64,000 nt of DNA from Candidatus Poribacteria bacterium (GTDB lineage Bacteria > Poribacteria > WGA-4E > JAJDTR01). The position numbers and the translations under genes were made by a program. Positions 50,111 through 61,097 of this stretch are shown piece after piece. The notes beneath the pieces were generated by a model that did not search any database, was not told the origin of the DNA, and saw nothing but the letters and a program-made list of their open reading frames with translations. The stretch is from contig CBDCTK010000002.1 in NCBI GenBank assembly GCA_965222225.1, forward strand, positions 1,920,001 to 1,984,000, given 5' to 3'. Positions within the stretch are counted from its first letter, which is position 1. Every line of letters starts with the position of its first letter.

Positions 50111-50390
50111 TCAAATCCTTATCATTTCGTTCAAGACGGACGCGCGGAGCTCCTCGCGGAGTGAACGTCGGGACACCACGTCCACCTTACACCCCCTCCA
50201 AGTATTGACCCAGTCCAACGAGATCGAAGAGATTGGCGTTATCATCGAAATCCACCAACAGATCCAGATCGCTGTCCGCGTGGAAATCGCCACGCGCGTA
50301 CGAGCCGAAGATTCCTTTAATCTCAGCCTTATAGCTGCGGCGTATTTCGTCTTTCTCTTTGGCGATTGTCTTCTGAATTTCTTCAATCAT
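50111..50390 (-). pseudogene. Minimal nucleotidyltransferase (MNT antitoxin-type), frameshifted
   Basis: GIFGSYARG..DSDLDLLVDF; frameshift near 50190 before GCKVDVV. Confidence 0.75.
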
Positions 50391-50911
50391 TTGTAAGCCG
50401 CCGCCTATTTTCGAGGATGAGTAGAGGGATGGGAACTGTCTACCCTTAAAGCCTCCACTGCTTGCACTATCGGTTAGTATAGCACATGATACGGAAGCGT
50501 GCAAATCGGAGGAGGTACGCTTGGCAGGGCAATTGCACTCGACCATCAACCGATTGTGTTGGCGTTTTCCGACTGAGTGCCGTTCAGCGCGGAGCAGAAT
50601 TTATTGGACGGCAAATGCCAACATCTATAGCCATCAACCAAGTGGACAACGAACAGGATATTCTATCGCGACCTGGAGATCGAGGGATTTCTATCGCGCT
50701 CCTTATCCAGTCGCTTGATGATTAAAGGATTTCACGGATTAGGTTTCGCTAAGTGATATATCTCGTAGAGTCGGGCTAGAAGCCCGACCTACAGAAGTTG
50801 TAGACCGAGTGTCTTGTGTTGTATGGGCGGGTCCGAAACCCGCCCAACCAAGGTTCAGGAGCAAGTTTCTTGCGCCAATCCCATAAGTTAATTACTTAGC
50901 GAGAGCACCAC

Positions 50912-51046
50912 TTAGGTCCTGTTTGAAAAGTAGGTGGCAAAGCCATTGTTCGGTCATTTGAGGGCAAAAGTTATCGGATTTTCAAGACATTTTCCCCAAA
51001 ATAGCCTCTCTCGAAGACGAATTCGGACTTTTCAAACAGGCTCTTA
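50912..51046. mobile_element. About 135-bp MITE with IS5/IS4-like TIRs
   Basis: aggtcctgtttgaaaagt ... acttttcaaacaggctct with no ORF. Confidence 0.65.
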
Positions 51047-51150
51047 GTGATTTACTTTCTAAATATATGCGGTAAGTGTTGTGCGCAGGTGCAGTTAGAA
51101 ACCGCACCTACCGGCGATTCTTGCAAGTAAAGGAAGTCGCGACCTGGAGA

Positions 51151-51222
51151 AGATCTCTATCGCACTCACTGTGGGATCTTCTATCGCTTTCGTTATCCAC
51201 TCAGTTGATCGTTCGCTTGATC
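51151..51222 (-). mobile_element. GA-hairpin mini-element nested in the loop of another, inside REP GTAGGAG...GGTCGCGAC
   Basis: Minus strand gatcaa-gc-ga-ac-g|atcaa-ct-ga-gt-ggata-ac-ga-aa-gcgatag-aagatccc|aca-gt-ga-gt-gcgatag-agatct. Confidence 0.85.
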
Positions 51223-51298
51223 TCCTACAAGTAATGATGGTGTGTGTTTATATTCTTGTAAGCAGAAACCCGGGTTACGTATGAATGAGGAGGAAAAG

Positions 51299-52267
51299 AT
51301 GTCATTCAGAACTAGACGCTACTTCAAGTCAGTGCTTGTGCTCTCCCTGATGTTCCAGATGCATATTGCACAAATCAGTTACGCTGCGCCTCCAGCCAAG
51401 ATTGCATTCACTTCGATGAGAGACGGAAACTATGAAATCTACGTTATGGATAGTAACGGAGGCAACCAGGTAAGACTAACGGATGACCCGGCGGTTGATT
51501 GGGATCCGACGTGGTCTCCTGACGGCGATAGGATCGCGTTTGTCTCCGGTAGAGATATTAGTTTTCGAATCTACGTGATGGATTCCGATGGACGGAATTT
51601 GATGCAACTAACAAAAGAGTCGAATGATTCGGAACCGGCGTGGTCGCCTGACGGAGGGAAGATTGCGTTCACTCGGCCCAAAGAGCGGAAAGAACAGGTT
51701 TGGGTAATGGACGCTGACGGGGGTAACCAGGTACAGTTGACGCATTTAGGGTCGAACCATTTTCCAGCGTGGTCGCCTAGCGGCAATAGATTAGCCTTCG
51801 TAACCTGGAAAAGGCACCGGGGAACTGAAATCTACGCAATGGATAGCGATGGCAACAATCAAGTAAGGATTACCCACGATTTGAGGCCTAAGAATTATCC
51901 TTCGTGGTCTCCCGACGGTCAATTGATTGCGTACAGCGCGATCAGAAACGAGGTTCAACAAATCTATGCCGTCAGAACCGATGGCAGCGGTCTGACAGAA
52001 AGACTAACGCACAACCTACCGAATAAATCAGTCCCGGCATGGTCCCCCGACGGCGACATGATTGCATACACGTTATGGAGTTCCGGCGTTCCCGCGACGA
52101 TTCACTTGATGACCCCCGATGGAGGGCACCTTAAGCAACTCAGTGCGGACCGCGGCTATGATTACGATCCCGACTGGTTTGATCCGGTGGCACCGCCTGT
52201 GTCTCCCGCCGCGAACTTTGTGACAATCTGGGGCGAGATCAAACAGCCAACATTGGAACTTCGATGA
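51299..52267 (+). CDS. Secreted TolB-like (PD40 repeat) beta-propeller protein 1
   Basis: Signal peptide, P.WSPDG..IAF repeats, tail [15 protein letters not shown]. Confidence 0.85.
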   Translation: MSFRTRRYFKSVLVLSLMFQMHIAQISYAAPPAKIAFTSMRDGNYEIYVMDSNGGNQVRLTDDPAVDWDPTWSPDGDRIAFVSGRDISFRIYVMDSDGRNLMQLTKESNDSEPAWSPDGGKIAFTRPKERKEQVWVMDADGGNQVQLTHLGSNHFPAWSPSGNRLAFVTWKRHRGTEIYAMDSDGNNQVRITHDLRPKNYPSWSPDGQLIAYSAIRNEVQQIYAVRTDGSGLTERLTHNLPNKSVPAWSPDGDMIAYTLWSSGVPATIHLMTPDGGHLKQLSADRGYDYDPDWFDPVAPPVSPAANFVTIWGEIKQPTLELR

Positions 52268-52318
52268 TGTGTATGACGCACTTGAGAAATTTCGCTAATT
52301 TCAACCAAGGAGGAACAG

Positions 52319-53287
52319 ATGTCATTCAAAGCTAGACGATTCTTGACTGCAGCGCTTGTCATCTCCCTGCTAATCCAGATGCACATAGCCAAAAGTGGTT
52401 ACGCCGCAGGGAGACCCAAGATTGCTTTCAGCTCTACGAGAGATGGAAACAGCGAAATCTATGTTATGGATAGTGACGGAGGTAATCAGGTAAGGTTAAC
52501 GGATAATCCGGCTATTGACTCGGATCCGTCGTGGTCTTCCGACGGCAAAAGGATTGCGTTTGTGTCCAGAAGAAGTGGAGTCAGACAAATCTACGTGATG
52601 GATTCCGATGGACAGAATTTGATGAGACTGACAGAGGAAGCGGTAAATCGGGACCCGACGTGGTCTCCCGACGGCAATAAGATTGCGTACACTCGCAGCA
52701 AAGGAGGGAAGCAGGTTTGGGTAATGGATGCCGACGGGGGTAACCAGATTGAGTTAAATCAAATGGGATCGAACAGTCATCCAGCGTGGTCGCCTGATGG
52801 GGTACGAATTGCCTTCGTATCCAGTAGGGATGGGGGGGCCGAAATATACGTAATGGATGAGAACGGTAATAATCAGGAAAGACTTACCCAACACATGGCG
52901 ATTACGGGCCATCCATCGTGGTCCCCCGACGGTCGATGGATTGCGTATTCATCTCTTGACGTAGAGAAGGTTTTTCAAATCTACCTCGTGAGAGCCGATG
53001 GCGTTCCTCAAAAAAACAGACTGACACGCAAACTGCCGCACAAATATCATCCTGCATGGTCCCCGGACGGTGATGCAATCGCATACACGTCAGAGGATCC
53101 GCCCTTCATTCGTACGACGATTCACTTGATGACGGCTAAAGGAGTTTACCTGAAACAACTCGGTGAGGTCGCCGATGGATCGGATAGCGGTCCCGATTGG
53201 GTTGACCCGACAGCATGGTCGGTGTATCCAGCCACGAACTTGGTCACAATATGGGGCGGGATTAAAAAGCTAACATCGGGGCTATAG
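52319..53287 (+). CDS. Secreted TolB-like (PD40) protein 2
   Basis: Same architecture; tail VYPATNLVTIWGGIK. Confidence 0.85.
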   Translation: MSFKARRFLTAALVISLLIQMHIAKSGYAAGRPKIAFSSTRDGNSEIYVMDSDGGNQVRLTDNPAIDSDPSWSSDGKRIAFVSRRSGVRQIYVMDSDGQNLMRLTEEAVNRDPTWSPDGNKIAYTRSKGGKQVWVMDADGGNQIELNQMGSNSHPAWSPDGVRIAFVSSRDGGAEIYVMDENGNNQERLTQHMAITGHPSWSPDGRWIAYSSLDVEKVFQIYLVRADGVPQKNRLTRKLPHKYHPAWSPDGDAIAYTSEDPPFIRTTIHLMTAKGVYLKQLGEVADGSDSGPDWVDPTAWSVYPATNLVTIWGGIKKLTSGL

Positions 53288-53411
53288 GGCGACCGGCGAT
53301 CTGTATGACTGTCAGTTGTCACGGAGAGGATCTCGGTGATTCGACGATTGCCGATTGCTCGCTGCACAAAGGATATGTTTCGTGGAAGCAATGAGGTCGC
53401 GACCTGGAGGG

Positions 53412-54210
53412 AGATCTCTATGGGAGCTCTACGGGATTTCTATCGCGCTCCTTATCCAGTCGCTTGATCTATTCGCTCCCTTGATCGTTGAGCCCAACCT
53501 ACGAATATGACTGGGCAAAGCCGCATGTTTGCACCGTGCAGGGCAACGGGAATGAGATCCCTGACCTATTCCGTGCACCGGGGGCACGAAACCCGTCATC
53601 GGGAGCGGTATGATTGGGTTTTCTACTGGCATGGATGTTGCGCTGTGGCGAAGTATACACGACCATCCATTGGGCTCACGCAGGTTGCCCCGATTCCTAG
53701 GAAAAGATAGAGGGTGAGGTAATACGCTATCGCCCGGGATTCGCTATGGGAACGCTATCGCCTTCGTTAATCACTCAGTTGATCACTCGCTAATCGCTCG
53801 CTTGATTCTAATCAGTCGGTTGATCGATAGAGATCCCAAGGCGATAGTTTGTCCTACTCGTTATCCAGTCGCTTGATTTCCTCTGGAGCGCGGAGGAGAA
53901 GCGTAAGCAGATGGAGGGATTCCTATCGAGGTCCTTCCCTTGATTCCACCTTACGACGTCGGAGTGCACATGAAGAGTAACCGTGCCTGCAATGCGCAAA
54001 CTGACAGTTTGCGCTACAAAAACGGCGGTGGATGTCTAGAATCCTGTGAGTCGTAGGCGGTAAGAGAAGGGATTGGTGATTCGACGAATGCCGGTTGTTC
54101 GCTGCACAACGGATATTTTTCGTGGAAGCAATGAGGTCACGACCTGGAGGGGGAGCTCTATAGGAACTCTATCGCACTCACTATTCACTCGTTTGATCGT
54201 TCCTTTGATC
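53412..54210 (-). mobile_element. GA-hairpin mini-element clusters (53412-53486, 53727-53878 with mixed orientation, 54152-54210)
   Basis: For example, minus strand aatcaa-gc-ga-gc-gatta-gc-ga-gt gatcaa-ct-ga-gt-gatta-ac-ga-ag-gcgatag-cgttccc. Confidence 0.75.
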
Positions 54211-54324
54211 CCACCCTACATAATGCTTGCGATGCGCAAACTAACAGTTTGCGGTACAGAAAAAGGTGGTGGATGTCTAGAATCTTGTAATTAGCAACTT
54301 GGGTTATCTATTACCAAGGAGGAA

Positions 54325-55176
54325 ATGATGTTATTCAAAGCTAGACGATTCGTGACCGCAGCGCTTGTCCTCTCCCTGTTTATACAGATGCAAATTGCGG
54401 CAAACGGTTACGCCTCTCGCGGAACCAAGATTGCCTTCACATGCGTGGGAGTCGACGGGAATCGCGATATTTGCGTTATGGATGGTGACGGAGGCAATGA
54501 GGTAAGACTAACGGAAGACCCAGCACGGGACGAGGGTCCGTCGTGGTCCCCCGACGGCACAAGGATTGCGTTCACTCGATTCAAAGCGTTGAAAAATCAG
54601 ATTTGGGTAATAGACGCCGACGGGGGTAACGAGGTCCAGTTAACTCAATGGGGAAAGAACTATAATCCAGCGTGGTCGCCTGACGGCAATCGAATTGCCT
54701 TCGTAGGCACCGATAGGCAAGGGGGGGCTGAAATCTACGCAATGGATACTGACGGCAGCAATCAAGTAAGGCTTACCCACGATTTGGAGGAAAAAGATAA
54801 TCCATCGTGGTCTCCCGACGGTCAACAGATTGCGTATGAAGCGAGTCGCCAAGGTGCGGTTTTTCAAATCTATGTGGTGGAAGCCGATGGCAGCGGTCGG
54901 AAAAAAAGACTAACACACGACGCACCACACAAAACGCGTCCTGCTTGGTCCCCTGATGGCGACACAATCGCATACGCTTTACGGGTTCCCGCCGTTCGTA
55001 CGACGATTCACTTGATGACTGCTAACGGAGATTACCTAAAACAACTCAGTGGGGAGCACGGTGGCGATGATACCGGTCCCGATTGGTTTGATCCGGTAGC
55101 ATGGTCTGTGTCTCCAGCAACGAACTTTGTCACTATCTGGGGCAAGATTAAAGTGCCAGCCTCGGTTCGCAGATGA
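54325..55176 (+). CDS. Secreted TolB-like (PD40) protein 3
   Basis: Same architecture, about one repeat shorter; tail VSPATNFVTIWGKIK. Confidence 0.85.
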   Translation: MMLFKARRFVTAALVLSLFIQMQIAANGYASRGTKIAFTCVGVDGNRDICVMDGDGGNEVRLTEDPARDEGPSWSPDGTRIAFTRFKALKNQIWVIDADGGNEVQLTQWGKNYNPAWSPDGNRIAFVGTDRQGGAEIYAMDTDGSNQVRLTHDLEEKDNPSWSPDGQQIAYEASRQGAVFQIYVVEADGSGRKKRLTHDAPHKTRPAWSPDGDTIAYALRVPAVRTTIHLMTANGDYLKQLSGEHGGDDTGPDWFDPVAWSVSPATNFVTIWGKIKVPASVRR

Positions 55177-55224
55177 TACGCACCGCGTGCTTGAAACTTC
55201 AGCTCATTAACCAAAAAGGAGGAA

Positions 55225-56205
55225 ATGATGTCATTCAAAGCTAGACGCTTGTCTGCAGCAGCGCTTGTCGTCTCCCTGTTTATCCAGATGCAATTTGTGG
55301 CAAACGGTTACGCCTCTCGCAGAACCAAGATCGCCTTCACCTCTTGGCGTGAAGGGAATGGGGACATTTATGTCATGGATGGTGACGGGAGTAACCAGAG
55401 AAGAGTAACGGTGAATCCGGCAAGGGACGAATATCCGGCATGGTCTCCCGACGGCAAAAAGATTGCCTTTGTTTCCAATAGAAACAACGTAAACAAAGAT
55501 CACAAGCAAATCTGGGTGATCGACGCCGACGGGAAGAACCCGATTAGACTGACGGACGGGTTGGTGGACTCTTATCCGGATTGGTCGCCAGACGGCACGA
55601 AAATTGTGTACGACGCCCATCTTCATCCAGAGGAACATCATGTAGCCCCCGCCGGGATTACTGTAATGGATGCGGATGGGAACAACAAGAGACTACTTAC
55701 GCGTGAAGGCGCACATCCGACCTGGTCGCCCGATAGCAAAAGGATAGCATTTATCTCCGCAGTTGATGTCATCAGTCATGTCTTCGTGATGGATGCCGAC
55801 GGACGAAATCGGATGCAGTTAACGCATGACTTTGTGCGAAAACGTTTGCCATCATGGTCACACGACGGGAGGCGCATCGCATATGTGGGCGATAACGTGA
55901 TTTGGGTGGTGGATAGCGACGGAGAGAATCCGAGGCAACTCACGTGGCATGTTACGGAAGAACACCCTACATGGTCACCGGACAGTGGATCCCTCGCGTT
56001 TACCTCGCGTGGAAGGGATCCTGGAATTGTTGGGATTTACACGGTGGATGTAACTAACGGCGCTGTCGACGCTTTGCCACGTGATCCCGACGTCCTGAAT
56101 TACGATCCGGATTGGCTATATCCCGGAGGACTCTCCGTTTCGCCGGAGGGCAGCCGGATTACAATTTGGGGCAGGCTGAAGAATACTGTGCTCAGCCTCC
56201 GGTGA
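55225..56205 (+). CDS. Secreted TolB-like (PD40) protein 4
   Basis: Same architecture; tail VSPEGSRITIWGRLK. Confidence 0.85.
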   Translation: MMSFKARRLSAAALVVSLFIQMQFVANGYASRRTKIAFTSWREGNGDIYVMDGDGSNQRRVTVNPARDEYPAWSPDGKKIAFVSNRNNVNKDHKQIWVIDADGKNPIRLTDGLVDSYPDWSPDGTKIVYDAHLHPEEHHVAPAGITVMDADGNNKRLLTREGAHPTWSPDSKRIAFISAVDVISHVFVMDADGRNRMQLTHDFVRKRLPSWSHDGRRIAYVGDNVIWVVDSDGENPRQLTWHVTEEHPTWSPDSGSLAFTSRGRDPGIVGIYTVDVTNGAVDALPRDPDVLNYDPDWLYPGGLSVSPEGSRITIWGRLKNTVLSLR

Positions 56206-56314
56206 GGAGTGCGCTTGGTGGACGGTAAGAGGAGGGATAGGGGATTCGTCGGTTGCCGGTTGATCGCTGCATAACGGACATGTTTCGTGCAAATAACGAG
56301 GTCGCGACCTGGGG

Positions 56315-56586
56315 GGATCTCTATCGCACTCATTATCCATTCGTTTGATCGCTCCTACAAGTGATGGCGGACGGGGGAGTTCTATCGATCAACGAAGGCG
56401 ATAGGAATTCTTACTCACTGTTTATTCTTTTGAGCCCACCCTACGATTGAACAGAAATATTTGGTCAATCTTGAACTTTGGAGTGTATCTGAAATGAATC
56501 CGTGCTTGCGATGCGCAAACTAACAGATCAAGCGAGCGAATAGCGAGTAGGACAAACTATCGCCCTCCCTATCCAGTCGGTTGATC
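56315..56586. mobile_element. GA-hairpin mini-elements (56315-56350 minus strand, in a REP; 56376-56423; head-to-head pair 56526-56586)
   Basis: gtaggagc-gatcaa-ac-ga-at-ggata-at-ga-gt-gcgatag-agatcc; gatcaa-gc-ga-gc-gaata-gc-ga-gt followed by an inverted unit. Confidence 0.8.
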
Positions 56587-56850
56587 GTTTCTTTCCCGGT
56601 CAGTGGCAGGGGTTCCGTTGGGTTTCACTATGCTTCACAAGGATTGAGCGCCATAGAGCGTCAGAACTTGGGTGGAACGCCGCGCGTTCCATTGGTTGGT
56701 GCCGTTCAACCCAACCAACGAACTTCGGAGTGCACATGAAGAGTAACCGTGCCTGCAATGCGCAAACTAACAGTTTGCGGTACAAAAATCGGTGGCGGAT
56801 GTCTAGAATCTTGTAATTAGCAACTTGGGTTATCTATTACTGAGGAGGAA

Positions 56851-57700
56851 ATGATGTTATTTAAAGCTAGACGATTCTTGATTGCAGCGCTTGTCGTCTC
56901 CCTGCTGATCCAGATGCAGCTTGCGGAAAACGGTTACGCCTCTCGCAGAACCAAGATTGCCTTCGCCTCTAGCAGGGACGGGAATTATGAAATTTATGTC
57001 ATGGACGGCGACGGGAGAAACCAGAGAAGATTAACGGTGCATCCAACGATTGATCAGTATCCGACATGGTCGCCAGACGGGAAAAAGATTGCATTTGTTT
57101 CCAATCGAAACGGAGGTTATATTCAAATCTGGGTGATTGACGCCGATGGGGGAGAACCCGGTTAGACTGACGGATGGTGTGTGGGACCGAAATCCGGACT
57201 GGTCTCCCGACGGGACGAAGATCGCGTACGACTTCCTTCTCAATCCGTGGGACAATGATAGATGGAACCGTACCATCTACGTGATGGACTCGGATGGAAA
57301 AAACAATCGGCAACTGATTAAGAAACCGGGGTGGGACACAAGTCCGTCCTAGTCGCCCGACGGGAGCCGCATCGCGTATTACACCAACGATCATATTGGC
57401 GTGATGGATAGCAACGGAGAGAATCCAAGACGACTCACGAAGAATGGATGGCATGAGCATCCGACATGGTCGCCGGACGGCGGCAGCATTGCATTTCATT
57501 CTTGGGACGAGGACGGACTTGAGTTTACGATTGTCACAGTAGGCGCGGAGGGTGGCGCCGTCAACCCAATCGGCCAGGTTCAGCGCCAACATGATTTTGA
57601 ACCGGATTGGCTTTATCCCGGAGAGCTCTCGGTTTCGCCGGAGGGCAACCGCATCACAATTTGGGGCAGGCTCAAGAGAGTTGCGTCCAGCCTTCGGTGA
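56851..57700 (+). pseudogene. TolB-like (PD40) protein 5, disrupted
   Basis: Frameshift near 57150 and TGG->TAG at 57350; same N-terminus and TIWGRLK tail as its paralogs. Confidence 0.8.
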
Positions 57701-58129
57701 GGTGTACGCAGTTGGTGGGCGGTTAGAGACGCATTTAGTGGTTCGATGGTTGCCAGTTTCACGGGACGTGAAAGATATGCTCTGTGGATTTAAAGCTAAG
57801 TGGTTTAATCTCTGAAGATAGAGGGCCCGAGGTTTGCGTATCCTAGTCTACTGACAGAGAGACGCGCACAGACGGCAACCGCACATGGCACTCCGCTGGA
57901 TCGCAAGACGGTCATAGAGCCACGTTCTATCAACATGACGCTCCGCTGGAGCGTGACTGTCGTATTCCTATGGCTAGCTGTTGGTCGGGACTTTCTCTCC
58001 AAGGGAGAACGAGTGAGAAATTAATGATGGACAATCAATTCCAACATACATGAAATACTTTGCGCAAAAACCCTTTAGTGGTTTACTCGATAAGCGTTTA
58101 ATGCGAATATGGAGGTCGCGATTCGTAGA

Positions 58130-58441
58130 GGGATATACTATCGCCCGCCTTAATCAGTCGGTTGATCGCTCCGACAGCGAGAGGTCGGATGATTGCACCG
58201 GACAGAGAGTTGGGCGGGGCAAGGGGATCTCTATCGATCAACTGACCGAATAGGGAAGGCGATAGATTATCTTTTAACCGTCTGGTCTTTCTGGTTGACC
58301 ATTGAAAAAGTCTCGAGCGGTTTCTGGTGCGATATAGCCTGTCACTCGTCGCTCTTTCAAAGGCTGGTGCGCAGTGCACACCCTACAGACTTTAGTGTTG
58401 TACAGAGTCGAGCTATCGCACTCACTTCCATTCGCTTGATC
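58130..58441. mobile_element. GA-hairpin mini-elements (58130-58167 minus, 58224-58271 plus/nested, 58413-58441 minus)
   Basis: For example gatcaa-ct-ga-cc-gaata-gg-ga-ag-gcgatag. Confidence 0.75.
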
Positions 58442-58500
58442 CCGTACAGGGGATGGGTGCATGTGAATGTGATGACAGGTTTGGGAGAGGAAACTTCCAT

Positions 58501-61097
58501 ATGAAGACAACCTTTTCGTCACTCATTCTTCTCCCGTTGTTTCGCTCAGCACCATTGCTCAAGATACTTTCCAATGGGGGTTGCCCGAGGGCGCCAAAGC
58601 GCGACTTGGAAAGGGCAGAATTTTTGATCTTAAGTATTCCCCGGACGGCACACGACTGGCGGTGGCAGGCGGCATCGGCGTTTGGCTGTATGATTTGACG
58701 ACCGGTGACCCCGTCGACCTGATGCGGCGCGGGAATTTATTTTTTGCTACCGGACTCGCGTTCAGCTCGGATGGCCGGACGCTTGCCATCCGTAGTGGTA
58801 CTGTTCTCAGCCTTTGGGACGCGGTGACGGGGGAACTAAGACACACGCTACCTACAGACTTAAGATCGCTGCATAATCTTGCCTTTAGCCCGGATGGTCG
58901 GACGTTTGCAGTCAGCGATGGTGCGATAGTCTATGTTAGCGACGCGCAGACGGGTGAGAAGAAACACACCTTGACCGGGGAGCGTGTCGGTGACGTCTGG
59001 AGCCTCGCCTTCAGCCCGGACGGTCGGACACTTGCCAGCGGGCACGAGTCGGCTAGTGCGGGCAATAGTTCGAGCGGTAGCATTCGTCAGTGGGATGCGG
59101 CGACGGGCGAACTCAAAGACATACTGTATTTGGGCCACAGTGACCCCGTGAGTCTCGCTTACAGTCCCGACGGTCGGACACTTGCTGTTGGGAATTCGCA
59201 TTGGTCGTATGCTTATGGCACATCCGGTTGGGCTACGCTAATAGATGCGGCGACGGGCGAACTCAAGCACGAACTGACAGGGCATACCGGTGCTGTCGTT
59301 AGCCTATCGTACAGCGCGGACGGACGCATCCTTGCGAGTGGGAGCCGGATCGATGAGAACGGCAGCCGCAGGGGAGGCGCTACAGTAAAGCTTTGGGACG
59401 CGGAAACGGGGGCGCACCTACGCTCGCTGGAAGCCTATGTATGGGAAGGGCGCAGCCTTGCACTCAGCCCAGACGGCGGCACGCTAGCCGTTGCGAGTAG
59501 GGACGGTAGACTCTCCTTGTGGGATACGGCGACGGGAACACAGAAGCGAAAGGTGGAAGGACATTCGGGCCCAATCTCCAGTGTCGCGTTCAGCCCCTAC
59601 GGCCGCACAGTTGCCGCTGGGAATCGGGTCGGTATTAGGAATAGCGGTTCGGGTTGGGCAGGTACGGTGCGTCTTTGGGATGCGGCGACGGGGACGCAGA
59701 AAAAAACGTTGGAAGGGCATAGAGACGGCATTACAAGCGTAGCGTTCAGCCCGGATGGACGCACGCTTGGCAGCGGGAGCTGGGACAAAACGGTGCGTCT
59801 TTGGAATGCGGCGACAGGTGAGAACATTCGCACGCTGGAAGGGCATGCGAGTGGAGTCACTAGCGTAGTGTTCAGCCCGGATGGCAACACGATTGCGAGT
59901 GCGGGCGGGGCGGATGACGGGACCGTGCGCCTGTGGGATGCGGGGACGGGGGTGCACAGGCTGACACTGAATGGGAGCAATGGAAAAATTGTCAACGTGG
60001 CGTTCAGTCCTGACGGCAACACGCTTGCCAGCGCTATCGGTGGAGAAATCCATCTGTGGCATGCGGAGATAGGGGTGCTCAATCGTACACTAACCGTGTC
60101 GGCGGAAAACAGCTCTCTCAATAGCGTGGCGTTCAGTCTGGATGGCGGCATGCTTGCCGCAGGGGGTCGGGACGCAATTCATTTTTGGGATGCGGCGACG
60201 GGTGTACAAATGCCCTCACTCGATGTAGATGGAGGTGGGGATACTATCGTAACGTACAGTCCGGACGGTTACACGTTCGCGAGCGGGAGTACCGACAACA
60301 CGGTACGTCTGTGGGATGCGGCGACGGGGGCGCACCTACGCACGCTGGAAGGGCATACAGGTGATATTTATAGCGTCGCGTTCAGTCCGGATGGGCGTAC
60401 GCTTGCCAGCGGCAGCAGCGACGGCACAGTGCTGCTCTGGGAAATCATGCCGTCCCCCTACCCTCTGCAGGACGAGCGCCCGCCAATTAAACCTGATGTG
60501 AACGGGGACGGGGGCGTGGATGTACAGGACCTCGTATTGGTTGCAGCGCGTTTGGGCATATCCGCAGAGAACCGCACGGACGTGAACGGGGATGGGACTG
60601 TGAACGTCCTGGACCTGGTGCTAGTTGCGGGGATGGCGGATGATGCAGCGGGTGTGCTGCCCATGTTTTCCAACGGCGCGATGATGCTTCGGACGACCGA
60701 GGTTAAGGAGTGGCTGGACGATGCGCGTCGGTTAGCCCTGGCGGATGCGACGTTACGGAGAGGTATCGAGTATTTGGAGAATCTGTTGGAGGCGTTGACT
60801 CCGGAAAGGACGGCGCTGTTGCCGAACTTCCCGAATCCGTTCAATCCGGAGACGTGGATTCCGTATCAACTCGCGCGGGATTCGGTTGTCCGAATCTCAA
60901 TTTATAACGTGAAGGGTATCTTGGTGCGGCAATTGGATTTGGGGCTCCAGCCGGAGGGATACTATACCGACAAGCACTATGCGGCGTATTGGGACGGGCG
61001 CAACGATAGCGGAGAGTTACTTGCAAGCGGACTCTATATCTATGTATTCCGCGCGGGGAGCTACCGCGGCGCACGCCGCATGGCAATTGTCAGGTAG
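58501..61097 (+). CDS. WD40-repeat + dockerin + NFPNPFNP CTD protein; frameshift in the signal-peptide region (pseudogene or sequence error)
   Basis: ATG 58501 (MKTTFSSLILL) is out of frame with AQDTFQWGLPEGAKARLGKG; the rest is intact (ORF 58581-61097). Confidence 0.75.

Noticed and set aside
2375-58441. Mini-element as an adapter, primer or amplification artefact
   Set aside because: Copies avoid intact genes, co-vary as base pairs, show decayed versions, sit at fixed REP positions, and one cluster is interrupted by an IS with a TSD. An artefact is unlikely, though raw reads were not available.
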